Virus genome (UHGV): UHGV-0245459
Length of the DNA stretch: 42,461 nt
Source: a virus
Strand: one strand, 5' to 3'
The position numbers and the translations under genes were made by a program. This document shows, piece after piece, positions 18,674-27,343 of this stretch. Every line of letters starts with the position of its first letter. Position 1 is the first letter of the stretch. Below the pieces are notes generated by a model. The model had not been told where the DNA came from and ran no database searches. It saw nothing but the letters and a program-made list of their open reading frames with translations.

Positions 18674-19075
18674 ATGGGAAAAATAATGACCTTTAAAGAG
18701 ACGGCCAAGTGTCCTATCTGCGGCCTCCTCTTAGAGAAGCAGGAAAAAGTGATCCATCTGGGGATACCGGCGATCAAAGCCGAATGTCCGGATTGCGGAT
18801 ACGTCAGCTATTTCTTCGACAAAAAAGCCCAGAAGCAATTAGATCACGCCATGGAGCTTAAGGATCAAAACGAAAAGAAAGCTGATTACACCGGAGACAA
18901 TTCCAAGAACTATTCCGAATTGAGCCCAAGTGACGTAATCTCTCATAGATGCCTTGATCGTAAGGTTAATCCATTTCTTAGTCTTTTGATCGGGCTTACC
19001 CATCGATTTCTTCCTCAACGAATTCGCGATCAAATAAAGCTACCCAGCCGCAGTGACCGCAACGGAGGATGTTGA
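18674..19075 (+). CDS. Zn-ribbon hypothetical protein
   Basis: ATG 18674 with RBS AAGGAG; CPIC...CPDC; 3' half overlaps opposite-strand genes. Confidence 0.5.
   Translation: MGKIMTFKETAKCPICGLLLEKQEKVIHLGIPAIKAECPDCGYVSYFFDKKAQKQLDHAMELKDQNEKKADYTGDNSKNYSELSPSDVISHRCLDRKVNPFLSLLIGLTHRFLPQRIRDQIKLPSRSDRNGGC
18839..19003 (-). CDS. Small membrane protein (54 aa)
   Basis: ATG 19003 overlaps the upstream stop; C-terminal TM FGIVLGIVSGVISFLFVLIL. Confidence 0.5.
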   Translation of the reverse strand: MGKPDQKTKKWINLTIKASMRDYVTWAQFGIVLGIVSGVISFLFVLILKLHGVI

Positions 19076-19352
19076 CGCTTTTCAGAAGGCTTGGGCTCTC
19101 GGACCTTTGACCGTGCTGCGGATCGATTGCAGCAATTTCCTCGTGAGTTCCACCATTTTCGACAATGGCCTCTCCGATCTGATTGTAAAGATAGTTCTCA
19201 AAAGACTGGTCGAGGATCTTGGTTTCCGCAACCGTCCCGTCCGAGTTTTGCTGTGTTTGCCAGTCAGTGTGATGGCAGATTGGACATTTGAATCCGCCAG
19301 TTTTCTTGTTTAGATACTTTTGCCACTGAGCAATCGAGATTGTTTTCGACAT
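18996..19352 (-). CDS. Zn-binding hypothetical protein (moron-like)
   Basis: CPIC...CGHCG; RBS GGAGG; antisense to the early operon. Confidence 0.65.
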   Translation of the reverse strand: MSKTISIAQWQKYLNKKTGGFKCPICHHTDWQTQQNSDGTVAETKILDQSFENYLYNQIGEAIVENGGTHEEIAAIDPQHGQRSESPSLLKSVNILRCGHCGWVALFDREFVEEEIDG

Positions 19353-19476
19353 GTGATTTCCTCCAGTCGATTAATTATCCATTCAAAAGCCCCTTCCTTG
19401 TCAATTTTCTTGTGTCTGTTCAGTGAACGGCAGCGGAAGGGGTTTCTGAATGAATTGACCATCTAAGGAGAGAAAA

Positions 19477-19773
19477 ATGGACCTGTTAGTAGATGAACAA
19501 AAACAGATTTTTGATGTTGCTGTTGAAGACATTTTGAAGGAGCGCGGTTCTGCAATTTGTCTCACTGATGCTCTTAAGTATGCCGAGCGCGCCGTGGTGT
19601 CCGCCCTGCTCTCTGGAAAGAAAGAGATAACGCTTGACTTGGCTCACGTTGTTTCGACTGCTGAGGCTCAGAAGGAAGTCAAGGCGCTCTTTAAAGAGTA
19701 TGCGTCGAATTTCATTTCTGATCTCGTTTGGCAAACGATTGACCGAGACATCTATCCAGATGTCAAAAGTTAG
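19477..19773 (+). CDS. Hypothetical protein
   Basis: 98 aa; RBS AAGGAG. Confidence 0.65.
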   Translation: MDLLVDEQKQIFDVAVEDILKERGSAICLTDALKYAERAVVSALLSGKKEITLDLAHVVSTAEAQKEVKALFKEYASNFISDLVWQTIDRDIYPDVKS

Positions 19774-19854
19774 TTTTTAAGTTTCTCTCTCCTGGCCCTC
19801 GTTAGCGCGGTACTCCTTGATGCGCTTTCGGGGGCTTTTCTTTTGGAGGTTGTT

Positions 19855-19974
19855 ATGAAGAAGTTTCTGACTGCAAAAAATTCGGACGGAGATAACGTCT
19901 GCCTGTTGGTGCTCTCTAGCGTCATGCTGGCCGCCTCGGTGATTCTTCCCTTCTTTCTCGTGGAGTGGCTGTAA
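19855..19974 (+). CDS. Small TM peptide (39 aa)
   Basis: Manual translation MKKFLTAKNSDGDNVCLLVLSSVMLAASVILPFFLVEWL; RBS GGAGG; TAATG coupling to the next gene. Confidence 0.55.
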   Translation: MKKFLTAKNSDGDNVCLLVLSSVMLAASVILPFFLVEWL

Positions 19975-20207
19975 TGACTTACACACCTCGAACATGCCCT
20001 GGCCCTGGGGACCTCTGGCAGCCGTCCTGGCAAGAAGAAAAACGCGAAGCAGAGTATGAGCGGCTGCTCGAAAAGTTCTTTGAAGAGTACATCCCTCGCT
20101 ACTGCGACAAGCGAATAAATCAGCTTGCAGAAGATGGTGAGGATGAAAGACATCCTGAAATTGAGCCTTTGTTTGATGAGTATCTGGAGGAAAACGAATG
20201 GCATTAA
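19974..20207 (+). CDS. Acidic hypothetical protein
   Basis: 77 aa from ATG 19974; Glu-rich. Confidence 0.6.
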   Translation: MTYTPRTCPGPGDLWQPSWQEEKREAEYERLLEKFFEEYIPRYCDKRINQLAEDGEDERHPEIEPLFDEYLEENEWH

Positions 20208-20374
20208 AACTCACTAAGAGAGAGAGAAGGCGCCTCTACTACCTCGAGCATCAACAAGAAATTAAAAAGAAGTGCAAAGAGTATTACCACGCGAAAAAAG
20301 TAAAACCTAAAAGACAGTTGCCTCCACAACAGGGTCCCTTCTCTGCCTTATTTATTGGAGTAGAAAATGACTAA
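20198..20374 (+). CDS. Small basic protein (58 aa)
   Basis: Manual translation MALKLTKRERRRLYYLEHQQEIKKKCKEYY...; RBS GGAGG; overlaps both neighbours. Confidence 0.55.
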   Translation: MALKLTKRERRRLYYLEHQQEIKKKCKEYYHAKKVKPKRQLPPQQGPFSALFIGVEND

Positions 20375-21398
20375 CGAACAAAGAGCCGCCTGGTTAGAGG
20401 GCCGGCGTACAGGAATCGGCGGCTCCGACGTGGCTGCCGTCCTCGGTCTGAATCCTTGGAAGACGCCGCTTGACGTTTGGAATGACAAGCTCGGGATCTC
20501 TGAGGACAAGGGAATGTCCGAGCCTGCGTACTGGGGAACGGTGCTTGAAGACACGGTCGCAAAAGAATTTCAGCTGCGCACCGGTAAGAAAGTTCAGAAG
20601 GTTTCTCACCAGTTCGCCGATCCGGAAACTCCCTGGGCGATTGCAAATATCGACCGTGCAATTATCAATCCGGAGATTGCAAAAAAAGTTCGTCCTCTGA
20701 TGAATATTGAAGAAATCGAGCGCTATGCCAACATCACTGGAGTTGAGCGCATCATCAATACCGATGTCGCTTTTGAAGCTAAGACGGCAAACGCCTTTTC
20801 GGCTGACCTTTGGGGACCGAGCCAAGAGCTTGAGATCAAGCAGAACAACATAAGAACCGAACATGTCATCCCGCTTTACTACGAAACTCAGATCCAGTGG
20901 TACTGCGGGATTTTGAAACTCAAGGGCATGTACTTGGCGGTTCTTATCGGCGGCTCTGACTTTCGGATGTACTGGGTCGATGCGCGTCCGGATGTGTTTC
21001 AAGTCATCAAAGAAAAATGCTCTGCATTCTGGAACAACCATGTTCTAACCAAAACGCCTCCTGAACCGATAAACATTGAGGACGTTCTAAAGCTCTACGG
21101 GAGATCAAATGGTAAAGCTATCGAAGCTCAAGGTGATCTGGCTATTAACTACGGCGAATATGCTCGTCTTAATGGCGAAATTAAAGAGCTCAAGAAGCAG
21201 CAAGACGCGCTCAAAACCAAGATTGCAATAAGCATGAAGGACAACGAGATTCTCACGCTTGATGGCAAGAAAGTTTTGACGTACAAAACCAAGACATCCG
21301 AGCGGTTCGACTTAGACTCCTTCAAGCAAGAACACCTGAATGATTACTTTGACTATCTGAAAGAAAGCACAACTCGCGTCATGCGCGTGTGCGCTTGA
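20367..21398 (+). CDS. YqaJ-like recombination exonuclease
   Basis: WLEGRRTGIGGSDVAAVLGLNPWKTP, ANIDR, FEAKT, QIQWY. Confidence 0.92.
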   Translation: MTNEQRAAWLEGRRTGIGGSDVAAVLGLNPWKTPLDVWNDKLGISEDKGMSEPAYWGTVLEDTVAKEFQLRTGKKVQKVSHQFADPETPWAIANIDRAIINPEIAKKVRPLMNIEEIERYANITGVERIINTDVAFEAKTANAFSADLWGPSQELEIKQNNIRTEHVIPLYYETQIQWYCGILKLKGMYLAVLIGGSDFRMYWVDARPDVFQVIKEKCSAFWNNHVLTKTPPEPINIEDVLKLYGRSNGKAIEAQGDLAINYGEYARLNGEIKELKKQQDALKTKIAISMKDNEILTLDGKKVLTYKTKTSERFDLDSFKQEHLNDYFDYLKESTTRVMRVCA

Positions 21399-21593
21399 TA
21401 TTGCATTCTTTTGCTTCTGTTTGTAAATCAAGGAGCTAACTATGAAATATAGAGAAGGTTGGGACGGTTAATGAACCCTGATCCAAATTACATAAAAGAT
21501 TCGAAAATAGTCAGAGCGTTGAAAAGCGACAACTCTTCTTGCCTCGCCAACGAAATAAATTCGAGGGCTTTATTTTTATATTCATAAACACCG

Positions 21594-21617
21594 CCCCTCA
21601 CTTCGAGGGCTTTTTTT
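21594..21617 (+). terminator. Intrinsic terminator
   Basis: GCCCTC-acttc-GAGGGC-TTTTTTT. Confidence 0.7.
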
Positions 21618-21631
21618 ATAGGACAAATATT

Positions 21632-22477
21632 ATGTCTACAACTGACCAACTCGCCGCCGCTGTCGGCGCTCCCTCTGCCCCAGTCGCCAAACCAAAGACC
21701 AAAGCTCCCGTCATCGTTCAGCAAGTTCTGTCTGACCAATTCAAAAAACAACTAGCCTTGGCTGTTCCTAAACATCTGAGCGCTGACCGCATGGCAAGAA
21801 TTGCCGCGACCGAATTACGAAAGACTCCGGCCCTGCTCAATACAACTCCGGCTTCGTTCCTCGGAGCGGTTATGCAGTCAGCCCAATTAGGTTTGGAGCC
21901 CGGTTCCGCCCTCGGTCAGGCTTACCTTGTTCCCTATGGCAACCAGTGCCAACTGATTCTTGGCTACCGCGGCATGATTGATTTGGCCCGCCGCTCCGGA
22001 CAAGTTTTGTCTCTTTCTGCATTCGCAGTGCACGAAGGTGACGAATTCAACTACCAACTCGGCCTCCATCCGGACATCCACCACGTACCAAGCGTCGAGG
22101 CTGATCGCGTTAAAAAGCCCATCACGTTTGTCTACGCAGTCGCTAACCTCAAGGGAGGCGGATATCAGTTTGAGGTTATGTCCAGAGCTGAGGTCGAGGC
22201 TGTTAAAGCCAAGGCCAAGAGCAAAAACATCTGGAATAACTATTTCGAGGCCATGGCCCTCAAGACGGTTATCCGCCGCCTGTTTAAATATTTGCCTGTT
22301 TCGATTGAGGCACTGCAGGTGGCTAATGTTGACGCGAAACGAGAAGCCGGGGAAAAGATCGACCCGAACGACGTAATCGACATCAATGCCGTCACCGTCG
22401 ATGACTTCAAGGATATTGAAGATGCCGAGGTCGTTGGAACCTCTCAGGACGCTCCGGCGGAGACAATAAATAAGTAA
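21632..22477 (+). CDS. recT: RecT single-strand annealing protein
   Basis: SAQLGLEPGSALGQAYLVPY, LGYRGMIDLARRSG, MALKTVIRRLFKYLPVS; likely start ATG 21632. Confidence 0.93.
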   Translation: MSTTDQLAAAVGAPSAPVAKPKTKAPVIVQQVLSDQFKKQLALAVPKHLSADRMARIAATELRKTPALLNTTPASFLGAVMQSAQLGLEPGSALGQAYLVPYGNQCQLILGYRGMIDLARRSGQVLSLSAFAVHEGDEFNYQLGLHPDIHHVPSVEADRVKKPITFVYAVANLKGGGYQFEVMSRAEVEAVKAKAKSKNIWNNYFEAMALKTVIRRLFKYLPVSIEALQVANVDAKREAGEKIDPNDVIDINAVTVDDFKDIEDAEVVGTSQDAPAETINK

Positions 22478-22481
22478 CCAT

Positions 22482-22509
22482 AAGCCCTGCAGTGCGGGGC
22501 TTTTCTTTT
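22482..22509 (+). terminator. Intrinsic terminator
   Basis: AAGCCCTGC-agt-GCGGGGCTT-TTCTTTT. Confidence 0.7.
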
Positions 22510-22519
22510 GGAGATAAAG

Positions 22520-22936
22520 ATGTGGAAGATTAAAGACCCTGAGTTAAAACGCAAGATGAATCAGTTCATCTCAGATGACGGCATTAACGAGGTATGCAGA
22601 AATGAGATGGCAGATTCTTCCACCTACATATTTTTCTCATTTGAGGATGATGCTTACAACTTTCGGATAGACAAAAGTTATTTTGAAGAAGTTCCTAGAA
22701 ACATGCTGGACGTTTGGAAACCTTTCCCAGAGAAAAGGCCGCCAGGAGACGGAGCCTACTTAGTAACGCGGCAAATGAAAACAGACACGGGCACAACGAT
22801 TAGTTTTCTTGATTTCGCCAGATTTGAGTACGGTCAGTGGATGTTTAAAAACGATGTAGTCGCTTTTTGTAACTTGCCTGAGCCTTACTTTCCGATGGAG
22901 AAAAAGCATGAAGTACCAATATCGATTCAAAGATAA
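22520..22936 (+). CDS. Hypothetical protein with DUF551-like C-terminus
   Basis: WKPFPEKRPP..GAYLVT...VVAF..LPEPY; paralog of the next gene. Confidence 0.6.
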   Translation: MWKIKDPELKRKMNQFISDDGINEVCRNEMADSSTYIFFSFEDDAYNFRIDKSYFEEVPRNMLDVWKPFPEKRPPGDGAYLVTRQMKTDTGTTISFLDFARFEYGQWMFKNDVVAFCNLPEPYFPMEKKHEVPISIQR

Positions 22937-23291
22937 ATCGCTTGAACAAGCGTTAAATGTTATTTACGGAGAGGAATTCGTAGAAGATGAAGTAAACAGG
23001 CAAATGACGAATACAACGTCATACATTTGTTTCGATTTAGATCATAGTTCTACTACGATTTCTAAAGGAGAAATCGCTGAAATTAATGAATACAACCCAG
23101 ACGCCTGGAACCCGTTCCCGGAGGTTAATCCTCCGGAGTGCGGAGAGTACCTCGTGACCTTTAAAGACGAGGATGCGGATTACGTGCAGCAAAACTATTT
23201 CGACATGTTGGGAAGATGGGAAACCGCACATTCTGATGTGATTGCTTTTAGGGCCCTCCCCGCCCCATATCAACCGGAGGCCAGAAAATGA
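22908..23291 (+). CDS. Hypothetical protein with DUF551-like C-terminus
   Basis: WNPFPEVNPP..GEYLVT...VIAF..LPAPY. Confidence 0.6.
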   Translation: MKYQYRFKDKSLEQALNVIYGEEFVEDEVNRQMTNTTSYICFDLDHSSTTISKGEIAEINEYNPDAWNPFPEVNPPECGEYLVTFKDEDADYVQQNYFDMLGRWETAHSDVIAFRALPAPYQPEARK

Positions 23292-23515
23292 AACTTGAAC
23301 TTGAAAACACTGACAATCCTCGAAATCACCAGTTTGATGAACTGGATCAAATAATCGTTCTTTTAAACGATCCCGAAACTGGTGAGCAGTTCTATGAAAT
23401 CCTCACTTATGTGAACGATGACTTTGTTTTTGGCGGACCGAACAGTGATCCGATGGATTTTGACGCTCCCTTTCCGGGTCCCGAATTGATGAGATGGGAG
23501 AAAATTGATGTCTAA
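23288..23515 (+). CDS. Acidic hypothetical protein
   Basis: 75 aa; ATGA overlap; RBS GGAGG. Confidence 0.6.
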   Translation: MKLELENTDNPRNHQFDELDQIIVLLNDPETGEQFYEILTYVNDDFVFGGPNSDPMDFDAPFPGPELMRWEKIDV

Positions 23516-23518
23516 CAG

Positions 23519-24633
23519 CCGCCTCCGGGCGGTTTTCTTGTACATAAAGGTAGCCGATTAACCTTTAACAATCAAGAACAAAATCAGTTACAATCAAGCA
23601 AGCAAATTATATTTTTAGGTGCTTGCTATGGATGATAAAACTAAGCAGTCCAAAGGCGGTGTTGAAAGAGCCAAGAAACTCTCTCCCGAACGCAGATCTG
23701 AAATTGCACGCAATGCAGCATTAGTAAAGAGCGGAGGCTTTAAGGCCCTTCACAAAGGAAACTTCAAGGAAGTAATTGGTGTAGATATACCTTGCTATGT
23801 TCTTAACGACTCTAACCATACGGCCGTTATGAGTCAAAGAGGAATCGCGGAAGCATTGGGATTTGCGACAGGAGGTGGAACGGCAATCAAAAAGTTCTTA
23901 AGCTCTCAGTCCATGCTCCCGTATATTGGTTCCGAACTTTCTAAAAAAACAGACCAACCTATTGTTTTTAAACTAGATCAAACTGGTTCCGGGCGGAAGG
24001 CGTATGGATATGACGTAACGATTTTGATTGACATTTGTCAAGCCATAATCAGGGCTAATGACGATAATCAACTTAAGTCAAACCAAGCCTTTTTAGTAAA
24101 AAATGCTTCGATAATTCTTCAAGCCTCTGCCAAGTTGGGTATTAGAGAACTTGTTTACAAGCTGGCCGGGTACAATTCCACAAAAGAAGCGGTAATTGCA
24201 GCCTTTAGAGAGTACATCCTTGAAGAGGCAAGAAAATGGTCGAAAGAGTTCCCGGACGACTTATACGCAGAATGGCAGAGGCTCTATGACATACCAGTCC
24301 CAGTCCGAGGTCGTAACTGGGAACATTACCATCTAACGTTGAAGTTCATTTACCTTCCTTTGGCCAAGAGCAATGGCAAGCTCCTTGCGTTGCTCAAGGA
24401 AGCGAAAAAAGAATCAAAAGGCAAAAAATACGACAAACTCCACCAATTCCTCAACGAAATTGGCTTAACAGCTTTGCGTGCACATATTTGGCAGGTTGTC
24501 GGTATCGCCAAAACTAGTCAGTCAGTAGAAGAATACGAACGAAGGTTCTCTCTAGCTTTCGGAGGACAGCTGCCCTTTGAATTTGATGAATAATCACTGA
24601 AATCATTCTTGACCGCCTCCGGGCGGTTTTCTT
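23519..24633 (+). repeat. 21-bp direct repeat (terminator hairpin) flanking the P63C gene
   Basis: CCGCCTCCGGGCGGTTTTCTT at 23519-23539 and 24613-24633. Confidence 0.85.
23628..24593 (+). CDS. P63C-domain protein (antirepressor-like moron)
   Basis: GG.ERAKKLSPERRSEIAR, IPCYVL...VMSQRG, W.KEFPDDLY...KLHQFL. Confidence 0.75.
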   Translation: MDDKTKQSKGGVERAKKLSPERRSEIARNAALVKSGGFKALHKGNFKEVIGVDIPCYVLNDSNHTAVMSQRGIAEALGFATGGGTAIKKFLSSQSMLPYIGSELSKKTDQPIVFKLDQTGSGRKAYGYDVTILIDICQAIIRANDDNQLKSNQAFLVKNASIILQASAKLGIRELVYKLAGYNSTKEAVIAAFREYILEEARKWSKEFPDDLYAEWQRLYDIPVPVRGRNWEHYHLTLKFIYLPLAKSNGKLLALLKEAKKESKGKKYDKLHQFLNEIGLTALRAHIWQVVGIAKTSQSVEEYERRFSLAFGGQLPFEFDE

Positions 24634-24644
24634 TTGGAGAAAAC

Positions 24645-24968
24645 ATGACAACAAAAATCTACGGCACCTCCGATGATTTGATTGAATTTGAAGGTGACAT
24701 TTACGACGAAATCGGAGCCTATGAAGCTCAGGACAAAGGGATACTCTTATCAGATGGCACAGTGCTTGAGTGCTCTTATTCCAAAACCCCAGATTTAGGG
24801 GTTTGGGGATTCAAGCTGATCCGTGCTGGAAGTCTTTTTGATCGAATTGAAGAATGCAATGATGAAGACGCCGAAGTCTATTCTGACTTTCCTCCAAGCC
24901 TGCACAAGCGGGCTTTATTTTTGTCCTTTTTGCCAAGTCAGCTTCAGGAGAGCTCATACAAGATGTAG
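24645..24968 (+). CDS. Phage hypothetical protein, possibly 3'-truncated
   Basis: ATG 24645 with RBS GGAG; IYGTSDDLIEFEG motif; the frame runs through a terminator-like hairpin near 24896. Confidence 0.55.
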   Translation: MTTKIYGTSDDLIEFEGDIYDEIGAYEAQDKGILLSDGTVLECSYSKTPDLGVWGFKLIRAGSLFDRIEECNDEDAEVYSDFPPSLHKRALFLSFLPSQLQESSYKM

Positions 24969-25138
24969 TATGTGCAAATTTTGCACATATGGTCTCTGAC
25001 GGAAGAGAGACATCATCCGTCTGCCACCCGCACGGTGGCTTTCTTTTTGCCCTGAGCGTATCTCTGACTAATTTCACGTAACTCTTAATCAACCCCAGCC
25101 CCTCCATTGCGAGGGGCTTTTTTAATGGATGAATAAAC

Positions 25139-25339
25139 ATGGACAAAATCGAACTCACCCGCGAGGAGGCCATGCTTGTTATGCGCCTCCTCAATTTATT
25201 TTTGAGCAAGGCTCACGCACTGAACGTGCGTGATAACTCAGACGTTGCTCCGGCAAAAGCTCTGAAACAAAACATCTTCAACCAGTTCATGAAGCTCGAC
25301 GAGCAGGAGGCTGAGAATGACACTGAACAAAGCTGTTGA
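25139..25339 (+). CDS. Hypothetical protein
   Basis: 66 aa; overlaps the next gene. Confidence 0.55.
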   Translation: MDKIELTREEAMLVMRLLNLFLSKAHALNVRDNSDVAPAKALKQNIFNQFMKLDEQEAENDTEQSC

Positions 25340-25628
25340 GTTTTACTCATACCTGCTCATGATTATGGATCACTACGGCTATGACCATCAGGTATACGAA
25401 AAATTGCCGGAAGAAGTCGATGAATTACAGGAAGCGTTTGACGCCTACTTTGATAAACCGTCCCTGGAGCATTGGCACCATGTCATTGAGGAATGCGCCG
25501 ATGTCCACATCATGCTCGAGCAGTTCCAGATGTTGATCACACCTGAGGATAAAGCTGAGTTCGACAAAATTTGTATGGACAAACTGCATCGAGAAATTGG
25601 AAGAATTGAAGGAGGAATGAAAAAATGA
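25317..25628 (+). CDS. MazG-like nucleotide pyrophosphohydrolase
   Basis: EEVDELQEA...EECADVHIMLEQ (EExxE...EExxD). Confidence 0.7.
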   Translation: MTLNKAVEFYSYLLMIMDHYGYDHQVYEKLPEEVDELQEAFDAYFDKPSLEHWHHVIEECADVHIMLEQFQMLITPEDKAEFDKICMDKLHREIGRIEGGMKK

Positions 25629-25849
25629 GAAAACGTAAATCGGATAGCAGCGATCTCGGCGTGCTCCTCCTTGACGTGAAACAGGTCGCGGAATTATTGA
25701 ATATCGGAGTCTCTACAGTGTGGGCGCTGGTTAAAGTAGGAAGATTCCCGGAACCGATTAGGCTCACTACAAGATGCTCTAGGTGGCGGCGTGTGGACGT
25801 TGTCGCTTGGTCGAAAACGCTAGGAAGCGAAAAGGAGGCGACGGTATAA
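25625..25849 (+). CDS. xis: AlpA-family excisionase
   Basis: LLDVKQVAELLNIGVSTVW...GRFPEPIRL...SRWRR; convergent with int. Confidence 0.85.
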   Translation: MRKRKSDSSDLGVLLLDVKQVAELLNIGVSTVWALVKVGRFPEPIRLTTRCSRWRRVDVVAWSKTLGSEKEATV

Positions 25850-25861
25850 ATGAAACCACTC

Positions 25862-25888
25862 GGGGCGGAATTCCGCCCCATTATTTTT
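25862..25888. terminator. Hairpin between convergent xis and int
   Basis: Perfect palindrome GGGGCGGAATTCCGCCCC followed by a T-rich run. Confidence 0.65.
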
Positions 25889-27234
25889 TATTTGATCTGG
25901 CTGAAGCAGAACGCTCCCCAGGCATCAAAAACTTCTCTCATATCCCCTAAAGCCTGCTCTCGGTCATAGGCGCATTGATACGATTCATTGCGATGGTCGA
26001 GACAGCTTTCTCTCAAGTCCTTTGCAAATGCCGGATGGCCATATCCGGACGCATCTTTAGCCCAGGTATTAAAAGTTGCCCGAGCGCAGCCGTGCAAAGT
26101 GACAATCCTCGGCTTACCGGTTTTCAAATGCATTTGGTCCGGATCAATCCAGCCAATCCCATCTATTTTTTTCTGCTTGTCGTGCATACGCTTAATCAAG
26201 GCGCTGACCGAATCTCTTGTAAACGGAGAGTTCTTTCCCTTGTTGATATTCGGGAAAATAAAAGCGTCCTCACTCATTCCGATACGAGGAGCTGTTTTTA
26301 ATAATTCCATTGCCTGAGGACTGAGCGGCGTCTTACGATCAAAAGGTATTTTCTCGCCTTTGACCTTCATTCTCTCTCTGGGAATGACATGGAACCACTG
26401 CCCTTCTGTCTCTTTAATCTCTCCCCAGGTCGCCTCCCGAGCTGTTGAGTTCCGGGCGGCAGTAAGAATCGCAAAGGCCAAGCACCGAGCTGTCTGGCTA
26501 ACCGGGACAAGTTTCATAAGCTCGGCAAAGAAAAGCGGCATTCTTTTCGGAGGGAGCGCCGGTTCATGGCCGCCTTCAGCTCTCACCAATGGCAGCAAGT
26601 CTCCCAACTTCCCATCTTTGACCTGTGCGGGATTCAGCATAGGAGGGACGAACTCCGAGCGGATTGCCCAGTCAATCGCCTGGCGAGCGTCAGACAAAAT
26701 TCTTTCCGGAGTATCGATCATCGTTCGCCACTTCTCGCCCAGAGCGGCCGCAAACATCTCTGGCTTCAATTCCTCCACCGGACACATCCGGATGGAATCA
26801 GGAATGTGATTTCTAAAAAAGCCCTGCCACACTTCTTTCTTCGGTTTGCTCGGATTATTCCAGCGGCCTCGAGCTTCATTGAATTCAATCCACCTGTAGA
26901 CCAGCTGCTCGAAGGTTAAACGATCATCCCCGGACGTTGATTTCTTCCGTAATGAAGCCTTGAGCGTTTTTTCTTCTTCGGACGGGTCGATACCCTGCTT
27001 GATCTTTACTTTCCACTCAGCGGCCTTTTTAAAGGCATCTGCGAGCGACATCTGCGGATAGCGTCCCAGTGTAAATATCCGATTGATGGTTGATTCCCGC
27101 AGAATGAAGTATTTGGCCAAGCTGCCGTCTTTGAGTTTTACGACCTTTACAACCAGGCCTGGAACCCCGCCGCAGGCCCGAGTCTTTGTGACAGCCTTCA
27201 GCTGCTTTTCTGTCATCCGCTCTGCTAAACGCAT
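25888..27234 (-). CDS. int: Tyrosine integrase (P4-like, arm-binding N-terminal domain)
   Basis: LGRYPQMSLADA arm-binding motif; catalytic R (LTAARNS), HGCAR, LDH, AY. Confidence 0.92.
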   Translation of the reverse strand: MRLAERMTEKQLKAVTKTRACGGVPGLVVKVVKLKDGSLAKYFILRESTINRIFTLGRYPQMSLADAFKKAAEWKVKIKQGIDPSEEEKTLKASLRKKSTSGDDRLTFEQLVYRWIEFNEARGRWNNPSKPKKEVWQGFFRNHIPDSIRMCPVEELKPEMFAAALGEKWRTMIDTPERILSDARQAIDWAIRSEFVPPMLNPAQVKDGKLGDLLPLVRAEGGHEPALPPKRMPLFFAELMKLVPVSQTARCLAFAILTAARNSTAREATWGEIKETEGQWFHVIPRERMKVKGEKIPFDRKTPLSPQAMELLKTAPRIGMSEDAFIFPNINKGKNSPFTRDSVSALIKRMHDKQKKIDGIGWIDPDQMHLKTGKPRIVTLHGCARATFNTWAKDASGYGHPAFAKDLRESCLDHRNESYQCAYDREQALGDMREVFDAWGAFCFSQIK

Positions 27235-27343
27235 AAATTCCTCCGAATCCCTCTGAGTTCAATATCGGCGGGGCTTCCAAAGTCCTAATGTGACAAAAAA
27301 TCCGAAAAAATTCCGCTATTTTTGGATTGCCGCACGTCGTATG

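Noticed and set aside
20217..20228. (GA)n run as a phase-variable repeat
   Set aside because: Short, in frame, and simply encodes KRERR in a basic peptide.
19770..21041. Minus-strand ORFs of 144, 145 and 215 aa
   Set aside because: They lie opposite a tightly coupled plus-strand gene series with good RBSs, including yqaJ.
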